Part shown: piece after piece, positions 51,001 through 63,808 of the stretch
Layout: every line of letters begins with the position of its first letter
Position numbering within the stretch: position 1 is the stretch's first letter
Origin: Phoronis australis
Taxonomy: Eukaryota > Animalia > Phoronida
Length of the DNA: 64,000 nt
Assembly (NCBI GenBank): GCA_002633005.1
Contig: NMRA01000011.1
Coordinates: 1,861,238 to 1,925,237 of the forward strand
Direction of reading: 5' to 3'
The notes under the pieces: model-generated
What the model was told of the DNA's origin: nothing
Database searches by the model: none
Seen by the model: only the letters and a program-made list of their open reading frames with translations
Program-made: the position numbers and the translations under genes

Positions 51001-53102
51001 TGCTAATGATCCCGTTGGGAGATTCCCAGATGAAATGAATTCCCGATATGATATGGCAGTACCGTTTGTATGTATGTGGAATAAGATATGTATGCAACAC
51101 TTAAGTTGTTATTTCATTATACTCCAGAGAGAACACAGGTAAGTGAAAATGACATTATTTGGGATCTTCAAGACATGTTAAGATGAATTGATTTTACGTG
51201 TAACCCAATTTTAAATGTCTACTTCGTCTTAAACTATTTACATGACACAATCAACCTATCACGTTATATATTTTCTGAATCTAAGAAATCAAGGCAGTCT
51301 AGTCATGCCATTCTCAAAGCTTCCATTCCTATAGTAATGTCACCATTTGGTTAAATTGTTACGAGAAAAATACAATGAGTTTAATAGTTTTAGTTTTTCA
51401 AAGGCACAATCTGTGTGACATGTCTCAGATTTTGTATTGAAGCTTACATTATTTTTATGTTTAGTTTAAATACAAGTGTCCCATCATTGTTACGGAAGCC
51501 TTTTTTGGGATGAAAAATATCAACTCAACTGATGGAAAATCCCAAATGAGCATTGTTATCAAAGTTTTAATACAAAAAGTTTGATGAATGACGGTCAAGG
51601 GAATATTTCCCTGTCAATTTACATTATAAAAAAACCCATTTTTCCCTAAAAACACATTATCTTGTGACCACAAGAACGGCACAGTGTTCTGAACGGTATG
51701 ACTAGATTTCCCATAACTTATACTTATAGAAACTTTTTTATGTCTTGAAAGTTGCTTGTAATAGACATTTTAAGATATGAAAACGATATTTTATTAGGGA
51801 AAATAGCTTCCTTAAATCAGGTACATCAGCACATTCCCAAACTTTGAAAAATTAAAAATACATGATGTCGAAAGTCAAAGAAGTTTGGACGCACAAAACC
51901 TCTGCCAAATGTCCCATCCTTTCAATTAAAACCCTCTTTAGTTCTGGCTTAGTTTCAACAAATCTTCAACAGGTGTTGCTCCATGCACTGTGTCAACCAC
52001 GCTCATTCGATGCGAAGTTCGTCTATTTCCGTGTTATCTTGTAGTATTTATAGATACAAGGTGTATTTTAACGTTTTGACGTGGCTTCCTTATTAACTTC
52101 GAATAAATTGAGATTCCTAGATTATCACGTCAAACCACAAAGCTATGTGGATAGGAACTAATATCTTGGTAATCGTCTCCATTGCATCTCCCGTTCAGTA
52201 TATTTAAATGCATCTTACATCATCGAATTTGCAAATTTCGAACTAAGAATACCGACATTAAGTACCCTCGTTCATTACCTAAATTTCTTAGTTAACCTTG
52301 AACTAAAATCGCCACTGTCTGAAGATTAGGCATTTGTCACCTCGGCCCTTTAGGGTAACTCAATCCATCTTGATTGTAAGAAAAGAAAGGCTTTGTAAGC
52401 TTTCATACATAAACAAGGTCAGATAAATTATGCATTTTTTTTCAACAACTAAGCAATTTTGTACCAAGAATTCCCCAAAACACAACAACTTTTCTTGAAC
52501 GAACTTGAAATGCCATGCCTTTGTGTAAAATAAAGTCACGCACGATATATCAAGCAACCAATAACGACAGTCTAGCGGCACATGATCTATGTTTGCATTG
52601 GACAGAGATTAGATTTCAAGTTGCTTAGTGCGTGCGTTTGATAAAAAGTGTGCAGCATTTTGTTTTGGTGACTGTGGTCAAACTTGACACTTAGTTTGAG
52701 TGCAGTGCAAAATGCTGTGAAAACGCTCAAGCATTCTGGCTTTCAAGGTAAGATTGAAACGATTGGTTGAAAACTGCGTTGCCTGAAAAAAGGTTTGAAA
52801 TGACAACAACATTTTAAAATTTGAAGATTTTTTGCTTGGTTTTGGCCACTGACGTCACTCAATACTATCTATGGTTATGAGTCATCGGGAAATTCGAGCG
52901 CCTGTGGTTTTGGCGAGCAATGAAGTTGATAGTTAATTGTCACAGTGGAGGAAAGAAATTTAACCTTCAATCCATATGCCTTTATGGGAATAACACTGTC
53001 CCAGTTCCTGAAAACTCCATTAAAAAAGAGGAAGGTCCTATTTTGCGGCAAAGATTTATCAAGCTTTCTCTATATCTGCATGATAGCAAGTAGAGGCATA
53101 AT

Positions 53103-53299
53103 CAAAACAACGGATTTAAAACAGCATGACATGTTTCGGTGTCGTTTATTTAAACACCGTCATCAGAAGAAGAAAGAACATAGTGGCCACCTAGCTAGGA
53201 GCAAAAACAAGTGATGAAACACAGACACAGTCAGTTACAGGGAGTGACTATAAACTAGACCAACAATGACAACATGTGGTGTGCCAGTTGCCCATTGAT
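53103..53299 (-). mobile_element. Penelope family A solo 3'/pLTR fragment with hammerhead (53124-53170)
   Basis: Homologous to 4830-5020; minus CTGATGA-c-GGTGT..ACACC-GAAACATGTC. Confidence 0.8.
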
Positions 53300-53643
53300 A
53301 CTAATATATAATATACATTTAACGTTGTGCGGAAAATGTTGACTGTTGTACCAATTTAGCGACAACATACTTTTCTAGGCTATTACAAATGAATTATAAG
53401 CAGCTTGGCCCAATACCGTCACATGGAACGCTGACAAAAGTTTGACAAAATTGCCAAAAACTTCTACATTGGAGTGACATTAAGTGCATGAACATTGAAA
53501 GTTGAATATTCATTTTATATTGTGGTTGTTGTTGAGTTTATTGATAAATATGTAAGATAAATGGGGGTGCAGACAGTCTTACCAGGTAATAATGTATTTT
53601 TGTTTGTGGGTTTCTTTTTGTTCGATAGTCTGTAGCCTACAGT

Positions 53644-54675
53644 CACACGCACATTATATGTCTCTCTTGTTGTTGTTGTTGTTGACCAAGCGTTTTACAC
53701 ACGTATAATAATAATACCGTAACAGTGGCTCATAAAACTTTTTTATGATATGATACGAGTAATGATACGATTTTCAATACGGTGAACGATTTACGATTCA
53801 CGATACGATACGATACGATTTTCAATACGGTTAAACCTGAAACAATTAATAAAGATAATACAATATCTAATACAAATTGAAGTACCAAATACACCATACT
53901 AAAATACAGAAAATTGCATATCTAATAATATTATATCAAATCACAATTTGGCAAACAATAGTTAGCAGAAACTTGTAGTTACAACAATTTCTATTGCAAC
54001 ACTTTCTATGAGTTAATCAAATAATCAAAGAACTGAGAATAGTTGTTTCTAAAGTCAAAGTTTATAGTAAAACATCAAGAAACAAAGTTGTCTCTTACCA
54101 ACGCTGGGTATCTGTGATATTTTTGAAGCAAGCAGCAGCCTCTCTCCAAGCAAGATGAATTTTAGAGTAGCTAACAGAATATTTATACTGAACACAAGAA
54201 AGGTAAGCGAGATAGTTCAAAACATGAAAACCCACAAACTTCCTCCAAAATGCTACATTTAGTTCCAAAACAATTCTCTGAACAAGGTCGCTGGTTCCAA
54301 AACAATTATGTGAATCAATCTGCTGGACTCCAGCAATGAACCCAAGTCATTACCGATTATGGAGCAGGACAATCAAGAGTTAAGTAATTCCGATGGACAA
54401 ATAACAGATTATTGTTGTTGTCGGAAATGCCTCATCCCAAAGCTGACAGGTTTTCAAAGACTTTAAGTTACACAAGTTGCAAAACAAGGCACAATTGTTA
54501 TTATAAACATCCCACAACTGGTAACAGACATGTGGTGAATCACTTGCCATGAACTCCTAGGAGGTTACAAATTTTGGTAAACAACCAATACGTTTAATTA
54601 ATTATACACTAGTCACTAAAATTGCATAACATTGCTTCTAATTAGACTAATTATCTACAGCATTAAAAAATGTCA
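53644..54675 (+). repeat. ~1-kb direct repeat, copy 2
   Basis: See 42190-43150; expanded (GATAC)n at ~53745-53820. Confidence 0.9.
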
Positions 54676-54699
54676 CTAACATCATAGTTTTCCACAGGT

Positions 54700-55990
54700 C
54701 ATATTTCTTATCCTGTCGACAAAATTTGTGTATCGTCAGTAGCTAGAGGCCTGTTGTTTTGAGGATGAATTTTGCTTTTTTTCTTTGCAGAGCCATAGCT
54801 CAGGCACCCGTTGGCATCGTTACCATTTTTACCATTCAATGTTTCAAACTGCTGGTCACTGTGTTTGTTGCACGGCAGTTTCCAATGTGTTTCAGTCAAC
54901 TTGACGCCATATTGTAATGTTTCTAGTCACGTGACAAGATAAATTGGCGTGTAAACCTAGGACCAATAATTCCCAGGTGTAAACAAACGGGGTCAAACTT
55001 GCTGGTTCCCTGCGTGCATAGCCCAGCCAGCACTCATGCTGGCGCGGTTACCGCTCCACCTACCGGCACGCAAGGAACCAGCCAGCGGGGTCAAATTGCC
55101 CTTTTCAACGTGCGATATCTGACAAATAAAAAACCGGAATAGCGTGAGTTTTTTCATGAACACAAAAAATGTGATGTAACACTTACATGCGTTTTTAGGA
55201 GTTATTCAGTAGTTAATTAGGAAAATATCATACTAATAGAAGTTCGCAGGAAGTGGCAGATGCCAGAGTGACCTGTGCGCCGTTCGCCTGTCAATCCACT
55301 GCAAGCGATTTAGTATTTTCAAGAGAAACCAGTAGGATGGCGCACACTAATTATTTAATTCGTGTCACTTGAAGTGTTCAGGAGTATACAGGGTCGTGCC
55401 GCTCACGCGGGTGGTATGTACTTTCGCCCAAGGTAAACGGTTGGGTGTGTTTCCACTCGGTTTCGAGTGAGAAATTCTGTATTTTCGGTTTAGGTCAGGA
55501 CCACAAAGAAAGCAGTGCAAATTTACAGACTGTCCAACGTCGACTTCGGCATGAGTACAGATTTTGGACATAATTGTTTTGCTACAGCAGAATTATATCT
55601 GGTTATGGAATACATATTAATCAATTAGTTATCAAAGCAGTGTATATTTCAAAAAATATATATTATTCACAAATATGAACTGATTTCGGCATGCAGAGGT
55701 TGTTTTTCTGAACAAGCGAAAACACTTACGATTGTCATCGAATACCTCATTTGTAATAGGTACAGTAAACACACAGCACCATGTGCTGATCAATAATTAT
55801 TTTTAATCGATATGGAGTCAATCATCAAGGCAAAAGTGGAACAACGCATGCTCGCACTGTTTAAACTATGATTGCGGAACCTAAAAAATCTAGTGGCAGC
55901 ACCATTTAACTCCATAGCCAATCCAAAAGACCCAATGGCCAAACTAAATGACTCAATGACAGGATTAAAAAATGGCTGCGTTGCATAAAC
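54700..55990 (+). mobile_element. Deletion derivative of the 26700-31330 element
   Basis: Colinear homology; lacks the THAP region and the nested insertions. Confidence 0.65.
54998..55085. mobile_element. 88-bp MITE with 20-bp TIRs and 10-bp TSD
   Basis: CGGGGTCAAA at 54988-54997 and 55086-55095; TIR CTTGCTGGTTCCCTGCGTGC / GCACGCAAGGAACCAGCCAG (18/20); empty site at ~26955. Confidence 0.85.
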
Positions 55991-56844
55991 TCAACGCCTC
56001 GGGATCCCAACTTAGGTCTTTAGATACAGGAACACAATTCAAGCGGTAGAGCCATGCATTGTAACCCATTGATCAACTGTTATTTTTAACAAAAGGCAAG
56101 TTCGTCTACTACATCACAAACATCTTACCAGGGGCTGATCCAGGATTTTGAGTTAGGGGGGGGCCAGGGCACANGCTTACCATCAATTATCACAATGACA
56201 ACTGTCAGCCATTTTGCTCAAGACTCATAGACTGTCAATTAAAAGTAATGACTACTGCAAAATGCATGCACGCACCCAGCCTTAAGTTTTGAGAATGTGG
56301 ACATTTTATTAAGATTCACAGGGTACGTCTTGAGCTATGAATTGTGCATTTGCCGAACTTTGGTACTCCCAGCCATTTTAGTGGACTTCTGGCTCAATTT
56401 CAGCTTTTTGGAGTTTTTGTTTCTCTGAGGCGAACCCTTTTGCCCACTTCGCCAAATGGGGGGTTGAGCCCCCCTGGGTATGTGCATGAGTTGGTCAACA
56501 CAAAAAATCTAATAATGAATAAACGCAATGTCACACGCGTTCCTCAAGTCCCATTGACTGTCAATAAAAAGTAATGGCAATGGTTATGTACGATTAAAAC
56601 GCTCAATATCATCAGTAGACTACACATTAGTCATCAGTTCTACACTCACCCCATAAAACAACAGCTGCCAAAGGTTTTGCTTTCAGGTCCTACAATTAAT
56701 CGAGTTAGCTGTGATTCCGCAACTCTTAAGTTACGAATTATATATAAAGTAACCAAGGGAATTCATTTGGTCCACATTTCAATCACATGGTGAACCATAA
56801 CTCCCTGTCTAAAATCAAAACTAAGAGTTCTAAAGAGAGAAAAA

Positions 56845-58670
56845 CAGCGGGGTTTTCGAAGTATAACGTTGACTTTCCTTTCCCTGTTCCAAGTGTTCTC
56901 TAAGTATTTGGTCACTTTTCGACGTGTTCTCTAAAATGGCAAGGGAATCCCCCCTGTCCGTGTCTTCATCAGACTTGGTGTCATCACGGTGTCCTCTTAC
57001 GGGCAGGCAATGCATTGCACAATGTTTGACCGTGTCCACAACAGCAAAGAGGATGTGTTTAATTATTTTGGTCAGATAGTTCTTGTCGCTGCTTGTCTAT
57101 TCTACTGTCAATGATGTTGGCGGGTTTTTGTATTTTTGATAAACGATTTACTAGCTATCATTGTCTCGTGATGGAAGTTCTGGTTGCCATGGGAAGACAG
57201 GTAGCCACCTTTCGCTTTACTGAAGTTCCTGAACGCGGTCTTCACCAAACTGCCCGCAGTCACCCTTCCTTGCGGCTTGGCAAATAGGACACAGTGTTTA
57301 CAGTAACCACCACCATCAGAGGATGATTATCCACGGTAAGGATAATCTTGGAACCATGACGACTGGAATGTCAAGGGTACCTCTTTTCCCTTTTATGCAC
57401 CTCATATGTGGAAAGATCATAGCCTGTGCGTTTGCTTGTTAGATAGTGGAGTCTCTAACTGTTAATTAAGTCGAAATAGTTTCAGTAAGCACAATTGCAC
57501 CAATGTCATACATCAGAGGAGTGGCTGTGACATCAGGAACAGTACAGGGTGTACTTAAATTTATGTACGGCATCACGGACAGTACAGGATGTACCTGCAT
57601 GTACAGGATCGAGGTCAGAACAGGATGTACATATATGTGCAGCATCATGGACAGTACATAATGTACAGGATCGAGGACAGTACAGGATGTACTTATTTGT
57701 ACAACATCACGGATATTACAGGGTGTACTTATATGTACAGGATCGAGGACAGTACAGGGTGTACTTATATGTACAGGATCGAGGACAGTACAGGATGTAC
57801 ATATGTGTACCACATCACGGACAGTACAGGATGTACTTATATGTACAAAATCACGTACAGTAAAGGGTGTACTTATATGTACAACATCACGGTCAGTACA
57901 TGGTGTACTTATATGTACAGGACGGAGGACAGTACAGGATGTACTTATATGTACAACAACACGGACAATACATGGTGTGCTTATATGTACAACATCACGG
58001 ACAGTACAGGGTGTACTTATATGTACAGCATCACAAACAGTACAGGGTGTACTTATATGTACAGCATCACGGACAGTACAGGGTTTACTTATATATAGAC
58101 GGTCGAGGACAGTACAGGATATACTTGATATACTTATATGTACAACATCACGGACAGTACAGGGTGTACTTAAATGTACAGGATTAAGGACAGTTCAGGA
58201 TGCACTTGTATGTATAACATCACGGAGAGTACAGGGTGTACTTCTATGTACAGGATCAAGGACAATACAGGATATACTTATATGTTCAACATCACTGACA
58301 GTACAGGATGTAGTGATATGTACAGCATCAGGGACAGTACAGGGTGCATTGAAGGCAGTGGGTAAAGAATCAGAAGTAGCGGAAACATCGTTTGGGACGG
58401 TGGCTAAACCATCAAGAAATGTGGTAATAGCGTCAGATGTAGTAGTACATGTAGTTGTAGCATTGGAGAAAGAAGAAACATCAGAGACATTGGCAACGGC
58501 ATCAGGGGCAGGGGTGATAACGTCAGGAGAAATGGTTACAGCATTAGAAACAGGCTACCGGGAATTTTCGCAGATAAGCCCAAGGGTTTTAATCTTGAAA
58601 ATTACAGGCGCTTCAGTAACTCCAACTAAAGACCCGGGGGTATGTAAAAATATCTGCGTTTTGTGCATAA
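56845..58670 (-). pseudogene. hAT transposase remnant (TTF-type zinc finger plus DUF4371, ZMYM1/THAP12-like) with repetitive N-terminus
   Basis: TFQSSWFQDYP..GGGYCKHCVLF..RNFSKA..VDTVKHCAMHCLPVRGHRDD..DRGDSLAIL..DQILREHL..YTSKT. Possible outer ends CAGGGGCTGAT (56129) and ATCGGCCACTG (59711), but no matching TSD. Confidence 0.8.
57527..58348. repeat. 36-bp minisatellite, ~22-23 copies
   Basis: Unit gtacttatatgtaca(ggatcga/acatcac)ggacagtacagggt; 12-aa periodicity in the ORF track. Confidence 0.95.
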
Positions 58671-61600
58671 AACTGTGTTTTTTTATTTTCAAGCTATAAG
58701 TAGCGAGTGCGCCAGGACTTTATTTTTTGTTAGCAAATGATTTATGCTCCAAAAAACTGGATTTGTGACTACAAGTAGATAGTAAGTGGAATTTTCAGAA
58801 GAAATTTTCCGAATACAATATACTTCCCAATATCTGAACACTAAACCCGAAGATGTAACACCAGATAAACACCCATGGGCATGAGCTTTTTATTAGGCGG
58901 GTCTTTCTACGAAACTTTACGGTATAGAAGACGGCAGTGATGCTTACCAAATTACAGGTAAGAAGACGGTTAGTGCTGAGTTGGGACCTAGGCTCCTTTT
59001 GCAGGGATGAAATGGATATTTTGGAGGCCTATTGAACACCGCGTTATTGCTGCAAGACTTGCTGAGAATGTACACGCAATTTCTGGTACTATACACTTTT
59101 CTAGACATCGGTCACCTTGTCAATGTGAGTGCCCCCAGGTTCATTCCTTGTATAGGCCTAACTTGCTAGGGGGCGTATCTTCAAACGGTTCAGCTTAAGA
59201 GACTCTTACCGTTTGGCTGCTGACTTACAGAGTCTTTATCTAGCTGTAAGTCGAACCAGGTAGTCACGTGTTCCCACACACGTGGTGAAATGTAGCAGGT
59301 CGATTTGCCTGAATATCAGTATACTCGCTAATCAGATCAAACATATCTTAGGCTAAATACACTAGGCTTCCTAAAAATCGGCTACAGATCTTTGCTTTGT
59401 CCGCGGCGGATGCATCTAGACTGCTTTAGACGGAAACACAATTGAACTCAGCGCGACTTACCGATGTTTCCTTGCGTGTCCGCGAGAAACTTGAAATGCG
59501 TTGCTTTCCTTGATTGCAGTAAATCACAATGCAAAGAAATTATGATTTTCAGAGTGAACATCCCCTAACCTCGGTTTTTTCTAGGTGGTTTACTTGGGGT
59601 TTACCCACGCTGGCAGTGCCGTTTTCGTCTTTCTGGTGACATTTAATTTTTTCGTTTAATCCTGTCCAAAGGGGCGATTAAACCCCTGAGCTCCCCGTAC
59701 ATCGGCCACTGATTGACTTCGTGTTGATGGGTTTTCCTATCAAATTGTCGTTGGTTCCTTAGCTAAGTGTTTAAGGGGCATTGGTTTTCTCAGCGAACTT
59801 GGCTGCATCATTTTATTTACTGTGCCGTTGATGTTTCTTTCAAAATGCAAGATGCATTTATAGCATAAATTGAATAGTTCGTTACTGAAAGCCTCGTTGA
59901 AGCTTCGTTTTCTTAATAGGCACCATAGATGAAGAGACGATGAGCACCGTGGATGACGATTTGACCTATACCACTTACCACTTCAAAATTGGTCTCAACT
60001 TGTTACTTACTCAGATGAAAGTTGAGATTTGTCTTGCAATGGATTGACAGTTCTTGTTCGAGAAAATGCTCGACTAAAGAATTGACCCGCCATGACAGCT
60101 CAAGTTGTCGAGTTTTAATAGCATCGAGCAATAACGAAATCGTTTTAACAAGCCCAGAAATTACACCTGTCTTGACAAAGTGAAACCGATTTCATAAATT
60201 GAAAACCAAGCGCTTTTCGATAACAGCAATGCAAGATTTGTAAACCACGTGTGTTACCAAATTAAACGGCCACATTGTCAGTTTGGTAGAACAGTTCTGT
60301 TTGCATCTTCAATAACAATATTAAAACGTTTTTAACGGTAGTTCCAAATTTCGCTATAATGTGACGCTCATAAGTTCAACATTTTGCCCTAAATTTGTAT
60401 TTTGATGTGAAAAAATAAAAATGTGCAAGCTATGAAAATATTAGATATTTCTTCTCAGCTCAGTGGAGATCTATTTTCGTTGGTTTTTAGATATTTATTT
60501 CATGTTCAATTTCCAGAATTAGCCAAACTCAACTTTCTTGGAAATGTGCAAGCTGAAACGCACGTAAATCCAAATTGTCCGCATGTGCGCAACGTAAGAA
60601 ATTTTGCTTGTTTGATATGATCTCTACAGAAGGTACGATAGGTATACCAACGGTAATTAATGGAAAGTCACCAGCCTTTATTAAGCCACAAAGTGATGTT
60701 GGTGTTCATGTACATGTATGTTTCAGCCAGATTAGACGATTTATTAAGAAAAAACATATCAAACTTATCAATAATAATAACTTCACAAAAAACTAACTTC
60801 ACAAGCAATTTCAATTACACCTTCGAAAACTGCAATTGGGTAAATATGAGCGATTTAGAATTGGAGTATAATTTAAAACTCCAATAATCTGGTAAATTTT
60901 GATCACCACTAAATTTTTCAGTCTCTTGCTTCTCTCAATGATCGTGGCGTAGGACAGCTTGGAACTCCATTTTACTTATATTTCCACAGTACTCACTCAA
61001 ATTATTCCAAACCCCGAGTACAGTAACTGTTGACTGTGAATGACTCATTGATCTAATTGGGAGAGGGGCCGGAGGTAAAAGAAGCAAATAGTTGGAGCGC
61101 CATAGTTTGATGAAATTGAATTTAGTACTTAAATTGTTCCTTTTTATCCCTGTTGTGATATAGTATGAATATCTCTGGTAAAAGTTTACGAAAATAAATC
61201 CAACACGACTGAGGTCCACGCCTGTCATGTTTTCACTTACTTATTCGCCGCACAGTTCTTTATTGTAAACAAAATATCACCACCCTTCCCTCTTCAGTTC
61301 AGTTAAAACACCTTTGATAATCTAAATACAGTTATGGTTTAGTATGAAAATCGAAATTTCAGGTATTCATAGTTTCTTATTTTACCATTAGGTGCCAGTG
61401 AAACATTTTAAAAGTTTATTTTGCAGCTATTATATTTTTTCTTATTCTGCTCAGTCAATGTGATCAATAGCATTTATTTGAAAATGTTTGTTGGAATTTT
61501 ATAGACGATGTCTTGTACGTGGACTCTAAATTTCAACGGTTTGTCATTTTTCGCCCAATTCACTGACTATTTACACACGGGAGCATTTCCACATTTGAAT

Positions 61601-62123
61601 GAAATGAAAAACGTAAAAGTACATGTACTGTATGATTGTCATGTTAAGGTCATCACGAAAACCCTTTTAAAACTCGTAGAGTTCAGGACCCGTTGACTAC
61701 TCATCTGGTATGACAACCCTAGATTAAGAACTCTTTGAAACGTTGTGTGTATGGGGTGAGACGAGAATGAGCAGGCAGATGCGTGCTACCGTACTCGTCC
61801 GCGTTACCGCCCGGGCGCTTAAATTGGAATTCTAAAAAACAGGGGATGGGTGGTGAGCCGAGCATGGGCGGTTAAAATCGAAATTTTTGAAAAGTCAGGA
61901 GTTGTTGCTTACTGCACAGAGGACTTATTTTACCTGAACAGAGCTACACTGACGTCGGACTTCAAGCATATCAGTTATAATATAGGTCGGGGGATTGAAG
62001 TAACGGACTTCGACGGCCTGCGCACACGATACAATGTCGTCGTGATCCTGAGCGCCAGTTCACGGTGTATTTCTAAGGGAAGCACTTGATTGTGTAGATT
62101 TGCTTTCCCTGGACATTTAAGGC

Positions 62124-62239
62124 AACCAAGCACGTGCTAATGATTGACTGGTCCTCTTCAGTACCGAATACTTTGAACTTAGTTAGACAACCAAGCTTGT
62201 GCTAATGATTGACAGGTCTTCTTATTGAATACTTTGAAC
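62124..62239. repeat. Short tandem duplication (~55 bp x2)
   Basis: caaccaagc..gtgctaatgattgac.ggtc.tctt...gaatactttgaac occurs twice. Confidence 0.8.
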
Positions 62240-63249
62240 AATGTAAAATTTATATACATTGTATATTTCTCTTTGAGTTCAAAGCCAACACCGCTGTCGT
62301 TCAAAGCACGTGCTCAAAAATCGGACGTTACTACTCTTAAGCAATAGGTGTACTCTCATCTGCCAAAATAATGAAGCAAAAACTCATCTTGTAAAAAGTC
62401 GTCAGGCAAATCAAAAGTTTAAAATAGTAAGTTTTTGACCTCGTAGAACGTGGACACAATGTTCGACTTACGCTAATGACAAGTTGATTTTTGGGCTCTT
62501 GCCTTTAGTTGGGTGCTTCCATTTTGGTGTCAGGAGTGAAAGTCAATAAAAACATGCGTTTAACCAATCAGAAGGGAACAGCGACACATGTTGGCTTATC
62601 ACAATGTCTTTTCTTATTTCAATGCTCAGGGTGGTCATGTTTCGTGTACTGTCACGGGGAATAACAGAAAGGTTGGCCACGAACGTGATATCCCTGTCAA
62701 ATACTGCTTTGCTGGTTCTTCTACAGCAAATGAAATACATTCGACAAGGGCTGTCTCAGTGATCAGTATATGCCGACTCGGCGAGTTCCGCACGTGAGCC
62801 AAAGGAAACAATTGTGTCGCCTTCAGTGAAGGGCATGAGAATACCGGTATTTTACCGCCATAGTAAAGTAAGCTCCCGGTTCCGGTAGAACTGATTGTCA
62901 CAGAAAGGTAAGCGAGTTGCGCACGTTTTGAAATCTTAATTTTGTGCGACGAACATTCACAGCAGCGCAAATACTTTTACGGAAGCCTCGATTATGAAAA
63001 ATTGGGGTTGGGCGGTAAGCCGAGCATGGGCCATAGCCCGGACGAGTACGGCATTTGTGGAATCATACTTTTTGAAAACATTTTTATCAATTTGGAATGT
63101 CTGTACGAATACTGTACTGGTATCGTGAACCATTTCCGTCGACTTCTGTAAAATTGTTCAAAAGATGAAGAAAATGAATTTATTACAGTTACTTAAACAC
63201 CCAGCCACCAAACTCATCAGTCACTTTAAACAATATACAAGAGCAGCAA

Positions 63250-63790
63250 TGCATAATACAATTATACATGAAGCTAAAAAATATTTAAGAAATTAATTGA
63301 ACAGAAAATTTCATCGTCTGTATATCTAGACAGATCATTACAAAAATCATTACATCAAATAACAAGTTTGTCTCCAGAACGTAACGGGTCGACATCTGGG
63401 AGAATGAGCGTGATTTTATCAAAGAAAGAAAATAAATTTCATTCTCAGCAGTGTGCAAATTACAACCATACAAAATCTGTTACAGAGATAATGTTAGAAA
63501 ACCTACCAGTTTCAATATGGAGTGGGAAAATTCCAACACGAGAGTGTGATAAGTCATCTGCGATTTCGTTCAAAGAGGAACGAATCAAAGTAGTTTTCAT
63601 CAAAAAGTCTTTTTTAAAAAATTTGTTGGGCCGTAATTTGTTCTCGATTTTAGTAAATTCTTCCAAAAATCTGGAACCAAGCATGGACAATCCTCAATTT
63701 AGTCATTCTATAGCAATGATCAAAGCTGATAACTTCAAGACGTCCATCACAGTATCCAACAACCATACAACAAGTTCTCCATGATAGCAA
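63250..63790 (-). mobile_element. LINE (CR1/L2-group-like) 3' fragment
   Basis: Minus NKLR..KK..SRVGIFPLHIETGRF../CNLHTAENEIYFL is the PL.IETGR..C..E.E.HF C-terminal pattern. Confidence 0.7.
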
Positions 63791-63808
63791 GTAACAGCAT
63801 ATGTTCAC

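Noticed and set aside
51300-53000. Probable non-autonomous DNA transposon sequence
   Set aside because: No paired TIRs, TSD, second copy or coding remnant could be shown within the window.
57527-58348. 36-bp repeat as a CRISPR array
   Set aside because: Units are contiguous with no unique spacers, no cas genes are present, and the context is eukaryotic.
57549-58699. Plus-strand ORFs up to 298 aa as genes
   Set aside because: Open only because the repeat unit lacks stops; the recognisable hAT domains are on the minus strand.
56129-59711. Complete hAT element between CAGGGGCTGAT and ATCGGCCACTG
   Set aside because: Flanking 8-mers (catcttac versus attgactt) do not match, so the pairing of ends is unsupported.
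62124-62178. Possible hammerhead (minus CTGAAGAGGACC...GGTT)
   Set aside because: No GAAA follows the putative stem II, and the duplicate lacks CTGA.
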